Below are positions 34,970-47,860 of a stretch of 64,000 nucleotides of DNA, in pieces. Under the pieces are notes generated by a model. It did not search any database, was not told the origin of the DNA, and saw only the letters and a list, made by a program, of their open reading frames with translations. Position 1 is the first letter of the stretch; the number at the start of each line of letters is the position of its first letter. The position numbers and the translations under genes are program-made. The DNA comes from Callorhinchus milii (taxonomy: Eukaryota), in NCBI RefSeq assembly GCF_018977255.1, contig NW_024705001.1, forward strand, positions 1-64,000, read 5' to 3'.

Positions 34970-36845
34970 AGGCTACTGTTTTCCACCACAACCCGACTCC
35001 TCCGTCCCCACCGCCACCCCGCGCAGGTCATCTCCTCCAACCTTCACTGCGAGGAGATGCTGGATTTCCTTGAATCCAAGATCAAGGGAATCAGCTCCGC
35101 GGTCACTTCCCCTCCAACTTCCACCCATTCCCCACCCCTTCCCTCCCACACGCCGACTCCTACCCATCCTCCCCTACGCACCTTCGTACCCGTTTCCCCA
35201 CCCTCTGTCACTGAACTCATCTATCCCTAAAACCAACCACCTGCTCCCTTGACCCCATCCGCACTCCACTCCTTATCTCCCAGCTCCACTTTCTTGCCCC
35301 ACATATCACTGACATCATCAACCTGTCATTCTCCTCTGGCTCTGTCCCCATTCCATTAAAAACTGCCATCATCAAGCCCACCCTGAAAAAACCCTCCCTT
35401 GATGCGTCGCAGCTATCAAGCTACCGGCCCATCTCCAACCTCCCCTTTCTCGCCAAGGTCTTGGAAAGAGTTGTCGCCTCCCAACTGCGCTCTTTCCTTT
35501 CCAACCATTCTCTTTTCGAACCCCTTCAGTCAGGTTTCCGTGCTGCACATAGCACAGACACTGCCCTGGTCAAGGTCACCAATGATATCCTGACCATCTG
35601 TGACCATGGCTCCCTCTGCCTCCTCGTCCTCCTCGACCTATCGGTAGCATTCGATACGGTCGACCACGCTATCCTACTCCACCGCTTGTCCTCCCACCTC
35701 AACCTTCAAGGCACTGTCATTGAATGGTTTAGGTCGTACCTCTCCCACCGTCTTCACTTTGTCTCGTCGAATGGCTTCTCCTCCACCCCCCGCACTGTCT
35801 CATGTGGTGTCCCTCAGGGCTCTGTCCTTGGTCCCCTCCTCTTCACACTCTATATGCTCCCACTTGGTGACATCATCCGCAGACATGGAGTTAACTTCCA
35901 CATGTATGCGGATGACACCCAACTCTACCTTTCCTCCTCTACTCTCAACTCCACGACCCCCGATGTCCTGACAGCCTGCCTGTCCGACATCGAGTCCTGG
36001 ACGAGAGACAACTTTCTTCAGCTCAACGTGCGAAAAACCGAGGCCCTCCTGATTGGCTCACGTCAGCGCCTCCGCACCTCAGGCGCTGACACCATCAGCA
36101 TCCAAGGCTGCACTCTCCACCTCTCAAAGCCAGTCAGGAACCTCGGCGTTTTGTTCGACCCTGAGCTGTCCTTTCTCCCTCACATCCGCACCACAACTGG
36201 CACCGCCTTCCATCAGCTCCGGAACATCGCCAGACTACGGCACTACCTCACCCCTCACGCTGCTGAAACTCTGGTCCACGCCTTTGTCACCTCAAGGCGG
36301 TGCCAGTACCCTCCGTTCCTCTGGCTCCGGTCTTCTCCACGTCCCCCGCCCCAACCGCCCTACCATCGGTGGTCGGGCCTTCAGCTTCTCAGCCCCCAGG
36401 CTCTGGAACTCTATCCCCCAGTGCCTTCGCCTTGCTTCCTCCCTTTCCTCCTTCAAGGCCGGTCTCAAAACCTTTCTCTTTGACCGTGCCTTCAGCTCCC
36501 CTCTCGACTCTCTTCCCACTCCTTGCTCCCTCCCTTCCCTCCCCTCACCTTGACCATTTCCCCGCTCCTCGCTCCCTCCCTTCCCTCCCCTCACCCTGAC
36601 CATTTCCCCCTCCTCGCTCCCTCCCTTCCCTCCCCTCACCCTGACCATTTCCCCCCTACTCGGGTCATGACCCAACTGTGCAGCGCCTTGGGACGTCCTC
36701 CTGACGTGAAAGGCGCTTTATAAATGGAATCTTGTTGTTGTTGTTGTTGTTCCCCCCTGCTCGGGTCCTGACCCAACTGTACAGCGCCTTTCGTGACGTG
36801 AAAGGCGCTTTCTAAATTTAATCTTGTTGTTGTTGTTGTTGTTGA
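34970..36845 (+). mobile_element. 5'-truncated L2-clade LINE with reverse transcriptase domain
   Basis: ORF at 35461: [14 protein letters not shown]...[13 protein letters not shown]...[13 protein letters not shown]...YADDTQLY. Internal deletion near 36295, 46-bp 3'UTR repeats, (TTG)n tail ending ~36750, and a short second tail to ~36845. Confidence 0.92.
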
Positions 36846-39401
36846 TATAAATTTAGGTATAATATAGAAGATTTCTAGTGTTCTGATCAGTCACCAATGG
36901 CGCCAGAGTGGAACGGGAAATTAAGTTGCTGCAATTATCTATAATAATAATAATCCTTGCATTTGATATAGTTTTTTTTCACGTCGGGAGGACGTCCCAA
37001 AGCGCTTCGCAGAACACACTGTAAAGTGAATTGACTGTATATTTGTGGGCAAATGTGGCAGCAAAGCAATGTTCCATAAACAGTCGTAGATTCAATCTAC
37101 CCGCAAGTGATACAGGTTCTTCTGAAATAATAGTATGCCTTTAATTTCGTACTCGATTGTGTTTTAACTGTAGTTTATTAATAAACTCTGTTACACCAAT
37201 TTTGATAGTTGGGTCATCTTTCGATCTCAGGGATCGGAAATCCAAACAATCCACAGTCTTTCGGGGGATAGATTTTCTACCTTTCAGGGGAAAAAAATAG
37301 CTTCCTGATTTGATTCCGATATGGCATAGATCTAATCTGAAAATGAAGTCCCTTGTTATGGATTACCCCAATAGAAATAGTTTATCTGTTACTGACCTAT
37401 TCAATCCCTATCAAAAACAACAACAACAAGATTACATTTATTGAACGCCTTTCAAGTCAGGAGGACGTCCCAAGGCAAGCAACGTGGAAGGGGATCCGGT
37501 AGCAACAACAAAAAACACGTGCACTGTTTTAGCGCCAGTTACGCAGGATAGAGCCCAGAGCGCTGAGGAGTGACGGGGCCTGATGCTGAGCTGTAGATAG
37601 TTTGGACGGTAACTGTCAGCATGATTCAAAGGTGAAGCTCATCAACTGCGACGTGAGGAAACGGAAGGGTGGTGGAAGGCGATGTGCTTGAGCGAGAATG
37701 TTCCAGAATGTCGTTGTGCAGTGGCTGAACAACTGGAAGAATAATAACGAGGAGAGATATGACCAAGAGGAATGGTTGGTTGAGGCGAAAACCAATGTTG
37801 GGTGGGATGGGGAGGGTGGGGATGTGGGGGCTTTTTGTGTGGGGGGAGGGCGTTGTGGAAACCAAGGGGAAGACGGGGTGCGCAAACAATGTGGAAATCA
37901 TCTCCAAATCGGATCACTATCAAACGTTTGAAAAACTGTGTAAAACAATACATGGCTCTGACACCAACATATTAGAGAGGTACGTTGTCTCCTTGTGTCT
38001 TGGATGACAATCCCACAGAAAATCCTTGTGCTAAGAGTGCAGATCCGCTCAGTGTAACCAGTGATGCTCCAGACATGTCAGGTGTGTGTGACACTAGTAC
38101 AGGACTGGTGAGTGTTCAAATGGTTGGACAAATGGGGGAGCGGAGAAATGAACCTTGAGTGCACCTGGTGCACGTGTGTTGACTGTTTTTGACTGCACTA
38201 TGTCAATATTTTATTCAATTAAAATCAGATTGTTGGCTCAAATATTTGCGTGTGTTTGAGTGATTCGGAACGTCGAGACAATGAATCTCAAACAGACAGA
38301 TGGAAATTAATTGTACGCGGTTTAAATAATAATGTGCATGATACAGAACAATATAGTTACTTCGGCAAATATAGGATATACAGTTGCTATCATTTTCTTC
38401 CCATCATCTTCATTATCTTCTGCATTCCCGGGTGTGATCCAACGACATGCTGATAAGTGCCCGATATTTATACATGCGAGCAAACATATTTTTGCGACCT
38501 TAATCCGCTTCATCTCACAAAATCCCTTACTCCCCGTGAGCGTCGCGCCCTTCCCCATCCCACAAAACATCTTATTAAACCATTCTATCCCCTTTCTCTG
38601 TATGATTGACATTAGATAAACAATTGCAGTCCATATAGTTAAACAGCTTCTCCACATCACTCTTCAACAAACACTGATCTGTCACACTGCAATGCTTTCC
38701 CACATGAATAGCCAGGACATTTCACAAAAGGAAGACGTACACTTGTCATTTCCAACAGTTAACCAGGTAAACGAGAAGAAAAGCAAGGACATTAGAAACT
38801 ATAATTGATTACCTTGCAAGCTTACACAAGACACAAAAGCAATGTCATCAGCGAAATTTCATTTGAAAGCACAACAGCACAAATGTTCTGTAATTATCTC
38901 TTTGGGGCAAATGATAGAGCATAACAATAAAATGATTAAATTAACTTTTATTAGTCTTCGGTGTGAACATCTCCAGTTAATGTAATTATAATCGCATAAA
39001 TTCACAATTTTCAATTTCGTCTGACAGACAACTCAAGGTGACTATGAATTAGGATAACAGTTGCACTCACTTCCAATGTTCAGAATATTTGCATATGATT
39101 TCATACAATTTAAGCGCATCAGTGTGGAAACACACACAATTTCAAAACAGTCTCGCCCGTTATTACAATCTCTTCCACCCAAAGGCAGCCAATTCTTTGC
39201 TATATTTCATTTCTCTCTTTCTCTGCAAATTCAGTTTCTCCCTATATTTCACTCTGAACACACACGTTCTATTTCTGCCACTTTCGCTCTCCCAACTCCC
39301 TTTGATTATCAAACTCTATCCCAAAGCGGACTCATGGTGACTGGATACTGGAAGAACAGCTGCAATCACTTCTATTGTTGGGGAGATTTCGACAGGAGGT
39401 T

Positions 39402-41647
39402 TTAAATTTTAAAGAATTTAAGAATAGCAGTAAATGAGCATTTCATGGCTCTCGTTACCTCCTGTCTGAATCTGGTTTGAGTCACCGCGTAAATAAATGT
39501 GTTGGTGCAGCAACTGAGCAGACGAAGCATGACCCCAACTTCCACAAACCTGAACAAGTTGGTAGTAGGTTTCACATCTCCATTGTTACTAATCACAACA
39601 GTATAAAACTGCCTGAAATGGTGAACAGTAAAACCATGGATTTTCGCCTGTTCCTGATCTCTGTGTCACTGTGATTCCTCCCATTGTTGTGGCCTCGTAG
39701 TGACTTACGAACTCTATTAGAGACGAAAATATATCTCACTGTTAGAGAATTCAACAGCAGAATCAAAGCGAATGGTAGCAACGGGTTTAAAGTGTAGTGA
39801 ATCAACTCAAATGGTGACCATGAAGTTGAGAGAAATCTGCGTCCTGGGAGGCACTGCAGCCACATATTGTCTGATATGAAGAAAGGTTCATACTTAATAT
39901 ACCAAAGGATGTTCTTTACACAGCTCAGCACGTACACTGTCACGATAACAGCAGTCGCTGTGCTGCCAGTGCAATATTTTGTTTTCAGCTTCTGGCAGCA
40001 AATCGCGACACAACGATCAAAGGTGAAAGCCAGTGTGAGCCACACTGAGCTGTCTGTGGAGGCATAAAGCAGGACGACGTGAAGGTTACACACAGGAGTC
40101 AGACGCATGAAACTAAAAGCGGAGTAATAACAAGAATTTATCTGCTTCAAAATAACGTCAAAGATAATGACCAGAGTGTCCGCCGTTGACATGGCCACCA
40201 GGTAGCGGGTGATGCATGTGGAGAGACCACACTGTCCCCGGCACAAGATCACATTCGCCATCAAATTAAATGAGAAAGAAATAAGACGAAAGACTGATCA
40301 GATTCATCTTTAGTTGATTAAACTACCTTTTTTTTCAAGGGGTTAGGGATTATTACCCCGAAAAACGACGGGCAACTCGACGCTTCTCGAATAGAATCAG
40401 AGAATGATATGCAATCGTGAAAAACATTTCTCTCTGCAAATAATTTACAAAGCATTTTAAGTCTAATTACCAGTTAGGCATTAAGATCAGTTCACCAACA
40501 AAAACATTAGAAGAGAATTGTGCATTACTTATAAAATCAGTCATAAACTGTAAAAATAGGAAACTGAAAGTCAGAACATTCATGTAGTTTCATTTATTTC
40601 AACATAAATTCAAAATTGAAGAGGAATATAATACTTCAGCAAATATTACAACTTTTGCTTCTGATTTTCGACTATAACCTTTGACACGTAATAATAGGAA
40701 TAAGAAAAATTATCCTAGCATTTAATATAGAGCTTTTTTATGTCTTCTACGCGACGCAAAGCGCTTCACAGAATATGCTGCAAGGTAAATTGTCTCTATG
40801 TTTGTTGGCAAAACGGCAAATGAATCAATCAACTGCGCACAGCAGTGTCACCAGAAACGTGAATTGAGTAACAAAATTAATATTTTTTTCTTCGAATTAT
40901 TATTCTCAGGCGTATGGAGTAAGGAAATTTTCCGAAGGTTCCGCCCTGACAGGAATGAAACCCCGGTCTCTAACTTGCGAGGCAAGTGCTCTATCCGCTG
41001 AGCTACAGGATTACTAACACAAATAATCGGCGAATATACCAAAATTTCAGAAGGATAATCTGTCATGTGCAGTGAATGTCTATGTAGCCGTCGATAGAAA
41101 AGATATTTGCTTTGAGCAATGTCCCCAAAACGGTTTGGCTCAGGCGAGAACAAAGTGGCAAATTTGGGCCCACAACCCTTTGACGAGTTTGAGGCAAACT
41201 GACTCGGCAGGAGTGCAACCATCTGAGCTCATCTGCTTTTGATGTTTACCCAACAGATATTGGCCTTAGCGTTAGGAACATGTCCATAAGGCTCGGTGAA
41301 AATGACAGGCTGCTGCGATCGCCTACAAATACACAGTCATTGTATTTCACAGTAAAATTATGTAAAGGGCTTTGCGAGGTCTCACGCTTTGCAATAATTC
41401 TCATCAGTAAATGGAGCGAGATAAGTAAGATAATGAGGTAACATGATAGGAGTTTGCAGTGAGAGCACAGAGTAAATGCTGAGTGGCACAGATAGTGCGG
41501 TTTGAGCAACTTACCGGGAATACCAAGCGCTGCAAGAGTTGGATAGTAAACGGATTCAATCTTAATAATTACTTGTAATGCTGAAGAACCCATCTCTGTG
41601 TCTGTGGTCCAGAAGGGAAGCACATCTATGATATTGAGGTGATGCAT
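39402..41647 (-). pseudogene. GPR139/GPR142-like class A GPCR pseudogene (two coding exons)
   Basis: Exon 1 41647-41515 (...VYYPTLAALGIP G|gtaag). Exon 2 40269-39402 (VNLMANVILCRGQCGL...AFTFDRCVAICC...CTNTFIYAVTQTRF). Acceptor AG>AT at 40270, TGA at 39595-39593 in TM6, followed by a frameshifting deletion. Confidence 0.85.
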
Positions 41648-43233
41648 TCATATGAGCCTACATTTTATATCTTGGAGGAGATACTCCATTGGGATTGCCA
41701 GGTTGTTATTTGCAGCTAATTAAAAACAAGTTTTTTGATAATTGGCACACGTGTAAAATCGAAATCGAGATTGCTGTTGTGGGAAAAACAACAATCTCAA
41801 ATGGGAAATTCAGAATATCGCCACGTCATTGCCGTTTTTATTCAACAGATTGTTAACCCCATGAACCTCTATTTAATGCAATGTATTAGATGACCTTGAT
41901 ACGAATATTCTTGTTTTTGTATCAAAACAAAAAAATGCTTTGCCCATCACAGCTTCGGTTTCCAGCCATCTCTGTCAACCGCAGAGAGACGTCGTCCTGA
42001 GTGAAAGTCATTGTGGCTATGTCACAATGTTGTTTCTCATTGAGTTATACATTTTAATTCGTGGATATCATTTGGATTGTTTGAGCATCAGCTTTATGTG
42101 GTACCTGAATGCATTTGCGCTAATTTATTTCATCAATTTATATATAACCACATGAAATCGGTGGAGTTCTTGACACCGTGAACATGGAAAAAAGGGTCAG
42201 ATGGAGGCCAAAATTTAACCAGTAGAAATATTTCACCATTTTACTTTAATTATAATAAACCTTGCCTTTGACAGACAGCCTTTCATGACAGCAAGACGTC
42301 TCAACGCGCTTCACAAAATACATTGTACAGTGAGTTGACTGTATATATATATTGTGGCAGCTGATTGTATATGACAGAATCCCACAAACAGCCATGGATT
42401 TCGTGACAACATTATTATTATTATGAAGAGGCTAATGACAATCGACTACCAAATACGGTCGTACGTAATCTTATGTAAACAAAGGCGATTTGAGAAAGCA
42501 AACTTGCCGTGCTTTTCGCCTTGCCAGTCATCGAACCCAGGCATTCTTGCTTGCAAGGCAAGCGCTTGAACCATTGAGCTACAGGAGTGCACATTTATAT
42601 TTAAGAACATCATAAACTACGAATGCATCTGGCTTTGTATTTATCTTACAAAATGATCCAAATGTTCAATTCATTCTCACTGTGATATCCTTCCTCTTCA
42701 AGCAATGATAGACCTTCAACCGTGCTGTGGATTTCTCTGGTTCAGTATTTCAGGTAACTGTTCAATTGGTCGCTCACTCGCCTATTAGTTTGAAAATATG
42801 GGTTTAAGCCTAAGTTCAGACATTCAACTCTGAATCTTGAGAGACGGTCAATTGCAGTGATGATGGAATACGGCCCTGAATTATTTGGCGTCCTCCAGCA
42901 GATATATTCAGTCTACGACGAATGTAACTTTTCAGATTTACTGTTTAACTGGACATTAAAAACCCTTGATACTTTTTTGTCCAAAACAGAAACTAAACAT
43001 CATTACGCCTCACAAGTATTTTCAAATATTTCAGCTGGGGAAGCACAGAAATTTATATCGTGTAAGAAGGCCTATCCGCCCATTGTGTATGTATCTGGCC
43101 GTGATGAAGAATCATCTCAACCGAAATTATCTCTTCTTTCCGCATACTGTTGTACCTGACTCTTGTTGGTCACTTCCACTCCCTCAAGTATCATGCTTGA
43201 TTCAATGATAATTCGTGGCTTAAATCCATCTGT

Positions 43234-43551
43234 GGAGTCCTGTAGCTCAGTGGTTAGAGCGCTCGCTTTGTAAGCGAGAGACCTGAGTTCAATTCCAGAC
43301 AGGGCGAAACCTCGGGCAAGTTTCCTTACTCCACACAGAGCCTAATAATAATCCCTTCAAAAAACAGAACAATAATAAATTAGTCATTTTCAATCTACGA
43401 CTGTTTGTGGGACATTGCTGTGCGCAATTGGCTGCCGCGTTCGCCCACAAATATACAGTCAATTCACTTTACAGTGTGTTCTGTGAACCGCTTTGGGACG
43501 TCCTCCCGACGTGAAAAGCGCTATATCAAATGCAAGGATTATTATTATTAT
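43234..43551 (+). mobile_element. Near full-length tRNA-derived SINE with L2-type tail
   Basis: A box TAGCTCAGTGG, B box GAGTTCAATTCC, a central block resembling the DeuSINE core (TGTGGGACATTGCTGTGCGCAATTGGCTGCCGCGTT) and an (ATT)n tail. Many further decayed copies occur across the window (e.g. ~540, 12060, 13830, 16850, 23000, 25060, 26090, 36940, 40720, 42250, 48720, 50040). Confidence 0.85.
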
Positions 43552-44249
43552 CCTCAAGGTCCAAAACTAGTCCCTGTTTGGCAACAATGAACTCTATCAG
43601 CTACTGTCCTGACCTCAGCCAAATATTACTTCGTCTGCAGGATCATCATTGAGGGAAAGTAGCGCCCCAGGATTCTCTTCTCCATTAGCACCCATCCCCT
43701 TCACCAACCTTCCTGTGCCTCAGTCATTCTCTCTGCCAATTCCAAATATTAGGAGATGGCGATCTTCCTCGGCTCCAAGATAGAGATCATCCACTCTGCA
43801 TTGACTCGCCAAACCCTACAACCTCCACCCACTCCAGGGTTTACTCCAATATTGTCTCTGACAATCCTTCATTCCTACTAACAGATTTGTGCAACTCCCG
43901 AACTCCTTTAAAAATACGGAGGTCCCAACTACTGAGGAGCAGTTACATATCTTGGCCCATCTTCATGCTCTTAAATGACGGTCCTTTTCGCAAGCTGCTT
44001 TTCCTATCCAAATGAACCATTCTTCGCTTCATAGTTTTGCTCTTTCTTTTCCGCGCAGTCCCTCTCCCTGATTGATAACACTGTCCAGGTCAACATAAAC
44101 ACTGATACTCTTCCCATGTGTGACTCAGATGTTCTAAGCCTCTCGGTTCTCATGGGCCGGTTGCCGCCAAAATATAATTGACCATTCATTTGAAACATAT
44201 ATCTCCAAATAAAATACATTATTTAGTATTATTGCCTCCCGATTGTCCT

Positions 44250-44760
44250 CTCATCTCGAATTCAAGATCCTCATCCTCGCTTTCGAATTCAGGATCCTCA
44301 ACATCGTCTACAAGGCCATTCACTGCCTTGCTCCCTCCTACCTCTCTGACCCACTATCTCCTGACTTACATGCCCGTAACCTCCGTTCCTCTGGTTCCGG
44401 TCTGCTCCACATCCCCAGTCCCAACCGCCCTACCATCGCTGGCCGGTCCTTCAGCCTCTCAGCCCCCAGGCTCTGGAATTCTATCCCCCAGTGCCTTCGC
44501 CGCTTCCTCCCTTTCCTCCTTCAAGGCCGGTCTCAAGACCTTTCTCTTTGACCGTGCCTTCAGCTCCCCTCTCAACTCTCTAACCCCTCCTCGCCCCCTC
44601 CCTTCCTTCGCCTTACACTGACCATTTCCCCACTCCTCGATCCCTCCCTTCCCTCCCCTCACCCTGACCATTTCCCCACTGCTCGGATCCTGATCGAACT
44701 GTCCAGGGACTTCCGACGTCCTCCCGACGTGAAAGGAGCTCTATAAATGTTGTTGTTGTT
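44250..44760 (+). mobile_element. L2 LINE 3' fragment
   Basis: EFKILILA...KAIHCLAPSYLS...[19 protein letters not shown], then 3'UTR units and a (TTG)n tail. Confidence 0.8.
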
Positions 44761-46399
44761 TCCTGGTCCTGTCCTCTCTTAGTTTCTCTTATTCATGTTA
44801 TGACGAACGGTCGTAGACCCGAAACGGTGACTCACTTTCTTTTCTCCATAGGGCTGTACTGCTGGGTGTTCACAACGACTTCTGTTTTTGTTTATAGATT
44901 TCCAGCTTCTGCAGTATATTGCGATTTCTTCCATTGATGTTCCATCCGTTTGCCTGTAAGACAGTAAGTCCTTGTTGAGCGCTTCAGGTGAGCGACTGCT
45001 AGACTTAGGGTCTCTTCTGCCAGGCGCTGACCTTCAAGGCCGTTTTCAAGACCTTTCTCTTTGACCGAGCCTTCGACTCCCCTCTCGACTCTCTACCCCC
45101 TCCTCGCTCCCTCCCTTGTTGTTGTTGATACACAAAGTGAGGATGCTATGGAATTGTAAATGTGTGTTGCATTACTGTTTAAAGTTCCCGTGACGCATTC
45201 CCGTCTTTTCAAATGAGAAGTTGAGATGAGGTTCCATTTACTTGTCGAGGTGAACTTCTAAAGTTGGCTTGGCACTTTTCGGTCCAATGAAGTAAAATGT
45301 ACCTCTGTTCCACTCAGCCGTCCATGTAGTTTCAAATACTCAAAGCACAGAACCACAGAAACTATTGTGGAGAGGCTGGGGATGCCCATTTTATTCTCCC
45401 TGGCGCAGATATGGTTAAAATGAGACTTAATCGAAGTTTTCAAAATTATGCCGCTTACACTTTATTATCGTGGCCATCTAATTTGGTTACAAGTCTCTTA
45501 TCGAACGCCATTTGAAAATCCATACAATCGAAATCAATTGCACAGCCGTCATATACTATCTGCGATACTTCTTCACAAATCTCTTTATTTAGCCAAGATT
45601 TGCTTTTACAAATCCGAATTGGTTGTCCTTTATTAACCCATATTTTTCTCAGTGAAGATTTGTCTTATCGTGATTATAGTCTCAGAAATTTCCGCACTAC
45701 TAATGTTCAACCAACTGGCCTTTTTTTCCTGCGTGTATTCTTATGCGCTTTTCTGTACAGGGAAGTAACGTTTGCATTCCTCCAGTCTTCTAGCAACACA
45801 CAAGTATCCAAGGAGCAATGAAAGATTGTGGTCAGAGCCTCCCTTGTTTCCATCGTTGCTTCCTTCAGAAACCGAGGTTGCATCTAATCGGTTTATTCTT
45901 ATCTGAACCAATTTCTTTAGCCCCTCCGCCGATAATGAGGCATTGGCTGCATCCTTACATTTTGGGATGACAGATGCAAAGTACACATTCGATACGTCAG
46001 CAGTGCACTCTGCCTCCACAACAAGATTTTATATTTGGTCCTTAATTGAACCCACCCTAACTTTGAGTAATCTTTTATTGTTTATATGTTTATAAAATAA
46101 CATTGGGCTGCACACTACTCTTTTCTCATATAATCTATTTGCCCACCTTGTTTTCTTTTTCTCTTCTCCTCTACAATTTTATTAACTCTTTGATTATCTT
46201 CTGGATTTTAGACGTGATATTCATCATAAGCCTCTTTTTTCTATTTTCTTTTAATTCCAAATTGCTTATACATCTGGATTGGTTTGGATGCCCTACCATT
46301 CCACTTTGTGGGAAAGAGTTTGCTCTTTCCGAGAACTATCTACTCCTTGAATGCTTCCCATTGCTCGTTAGAACACAAGTACGTATGATCATAAGAAAT

Positions 46400-47860
46400 A
46401 GTAGCATGAGTTGGCAATTCGGCTGATCGAGCCTGACCCGCCATTTGATAAGATCGTGGCTGATATTCTAACCTAGTTCTGTTTACCCGCCCTATTCCCA
46501 TATCCCTTTATCCAAATAACTTGTAAAAATCTCTCGATGTAAGAGTTCAATATGTTCAGTGACTGAGAACCTACAGCTTTCTTGCTTAGTGAATTCCATA
46601 AATTCACTAAACTATGAATGAAGAAATCTTTTCTCAACTCAGTTCTAACTGGACGATGTTTATTTCGGATACTATTACACTGCAGTTTTAGGTTCTCCAA
46701 CCTGGAAAAGAGTCGCATAATATATCTGCACTGTCAAGATCCTTAAGAATCTTATAGGTTTCCGTAAGATCACCTCTAATTCTTCTGTGTTCTGGATAAC
46801 TTAGGCCTCGTCAACATATCCTTGTCGGACAACTCCCTCACCCAGGAAACAACCTATTGAACCATTGTTGTACCTCCTCTAAGGTGAGTGTATTCCTTTC
46901 TTAGATAAGTAGTCCAAAACTGCATACAATATTCTGGGTGCGGTCTCACCTGGACCCTATACCATTGAAGCAAGTAATCCCTACTCTTGTCCTCCAACCA
47001 ATTTTTCATAAAAGCTGACATGCTATCATCCTTTCTAATTGCTTGCTGTACCTGCAGACTAACTCTCTGTGGTTGTTGCATAAGGACACGAAAATCCCTC
47101 TGAACGTTAACACTTCCAAGTCTCTCCCCATATACTCCATCTGCCAACTTCTTGCCCATTCACCTAGCCTGTCTATTTCCCTTTACATTCTTCGTGTGTC
47201 ATCCTCATAGCTTTCTCACCCATTTATCTTCGTATCGTCCGCGAATTTAGATACGATACCTTCTATTCCCTCATCTAAATCATTCATATAGATTGCAAAT
47301 AATTGAGGCCTAAGCACTGATCCTTGTGGCAATCCACTAGTCACATCCTGCCAGTCTGAGAAGGAGCCATTTATTTCTACTCGTTGTTTTCTTCCTGTGG
47401 ACCACTCTCCAATCCATGCTAGTATATTACCTTTAATTCCATGAGCTCTAATCTTATGCAGCAATCTATGATGCGGCAGCTTGTCGAATGACTTCTGTAA
47501 ATCCAACTTCACCACACCTACTGGTTCGCTCCTATCTAACTTGCTATCTGCATCCTCGAATATCTCTAAATAAATTGTTAATCACGATTTCCCTTTCGTA
47601 AAGCTATACTGACACTGCCTAATCATGTTTTGATTTTCTAAATGCCAATCGATCATGCCACTAACTTTCCCTACCACTGATGTCAGACAAGCGTTCTCCA
47701 TTGTTTTGTCTCCTCCCTTCTTAAAAATCAGGGTTACTTTTTCGACCTTCGAGTAAATGGGAACCATCCCAGATTCCTGAGAATTTTGGTCAACCCTTAA
47801 ACCATTGAAACATGAATTGACATTTTTTATCGGCGCAACTAAAACTGGAATTATTTTTTT
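46400..47860 (-). mobile_element. Decayed CR1 LINE, RT and 3' region
   Basis: Minus-strand frames: LDLQKSFDKLPHHRLLHKIRAHGIKG...SGLPQGSVLRPQLF...SKFADDTKI; VRPHPEYCMQFW. Confidence 0.85.

Noticed and set aside
38250-38432. Possible orphan exon 1 of a third GPCR (...YHFLPIIFIIFCIPG)
   Set aside because: There is no phase-1 GT donor after CCC G and no exon 2 on that strand; the similarity is too weak.
43234-43305. tRNA gene calls for the A/B-box cloverleaf-like sequences
   Set aside because: They run directly into SINE bodies and lack a proper acceptor stem; they are SINE heads.
45741-46019. 92-aa minus-strand ORF (VEAECTADVSNVYF...)
   Set aside because: No recognisable domain or splice context; it lies among TE debris.
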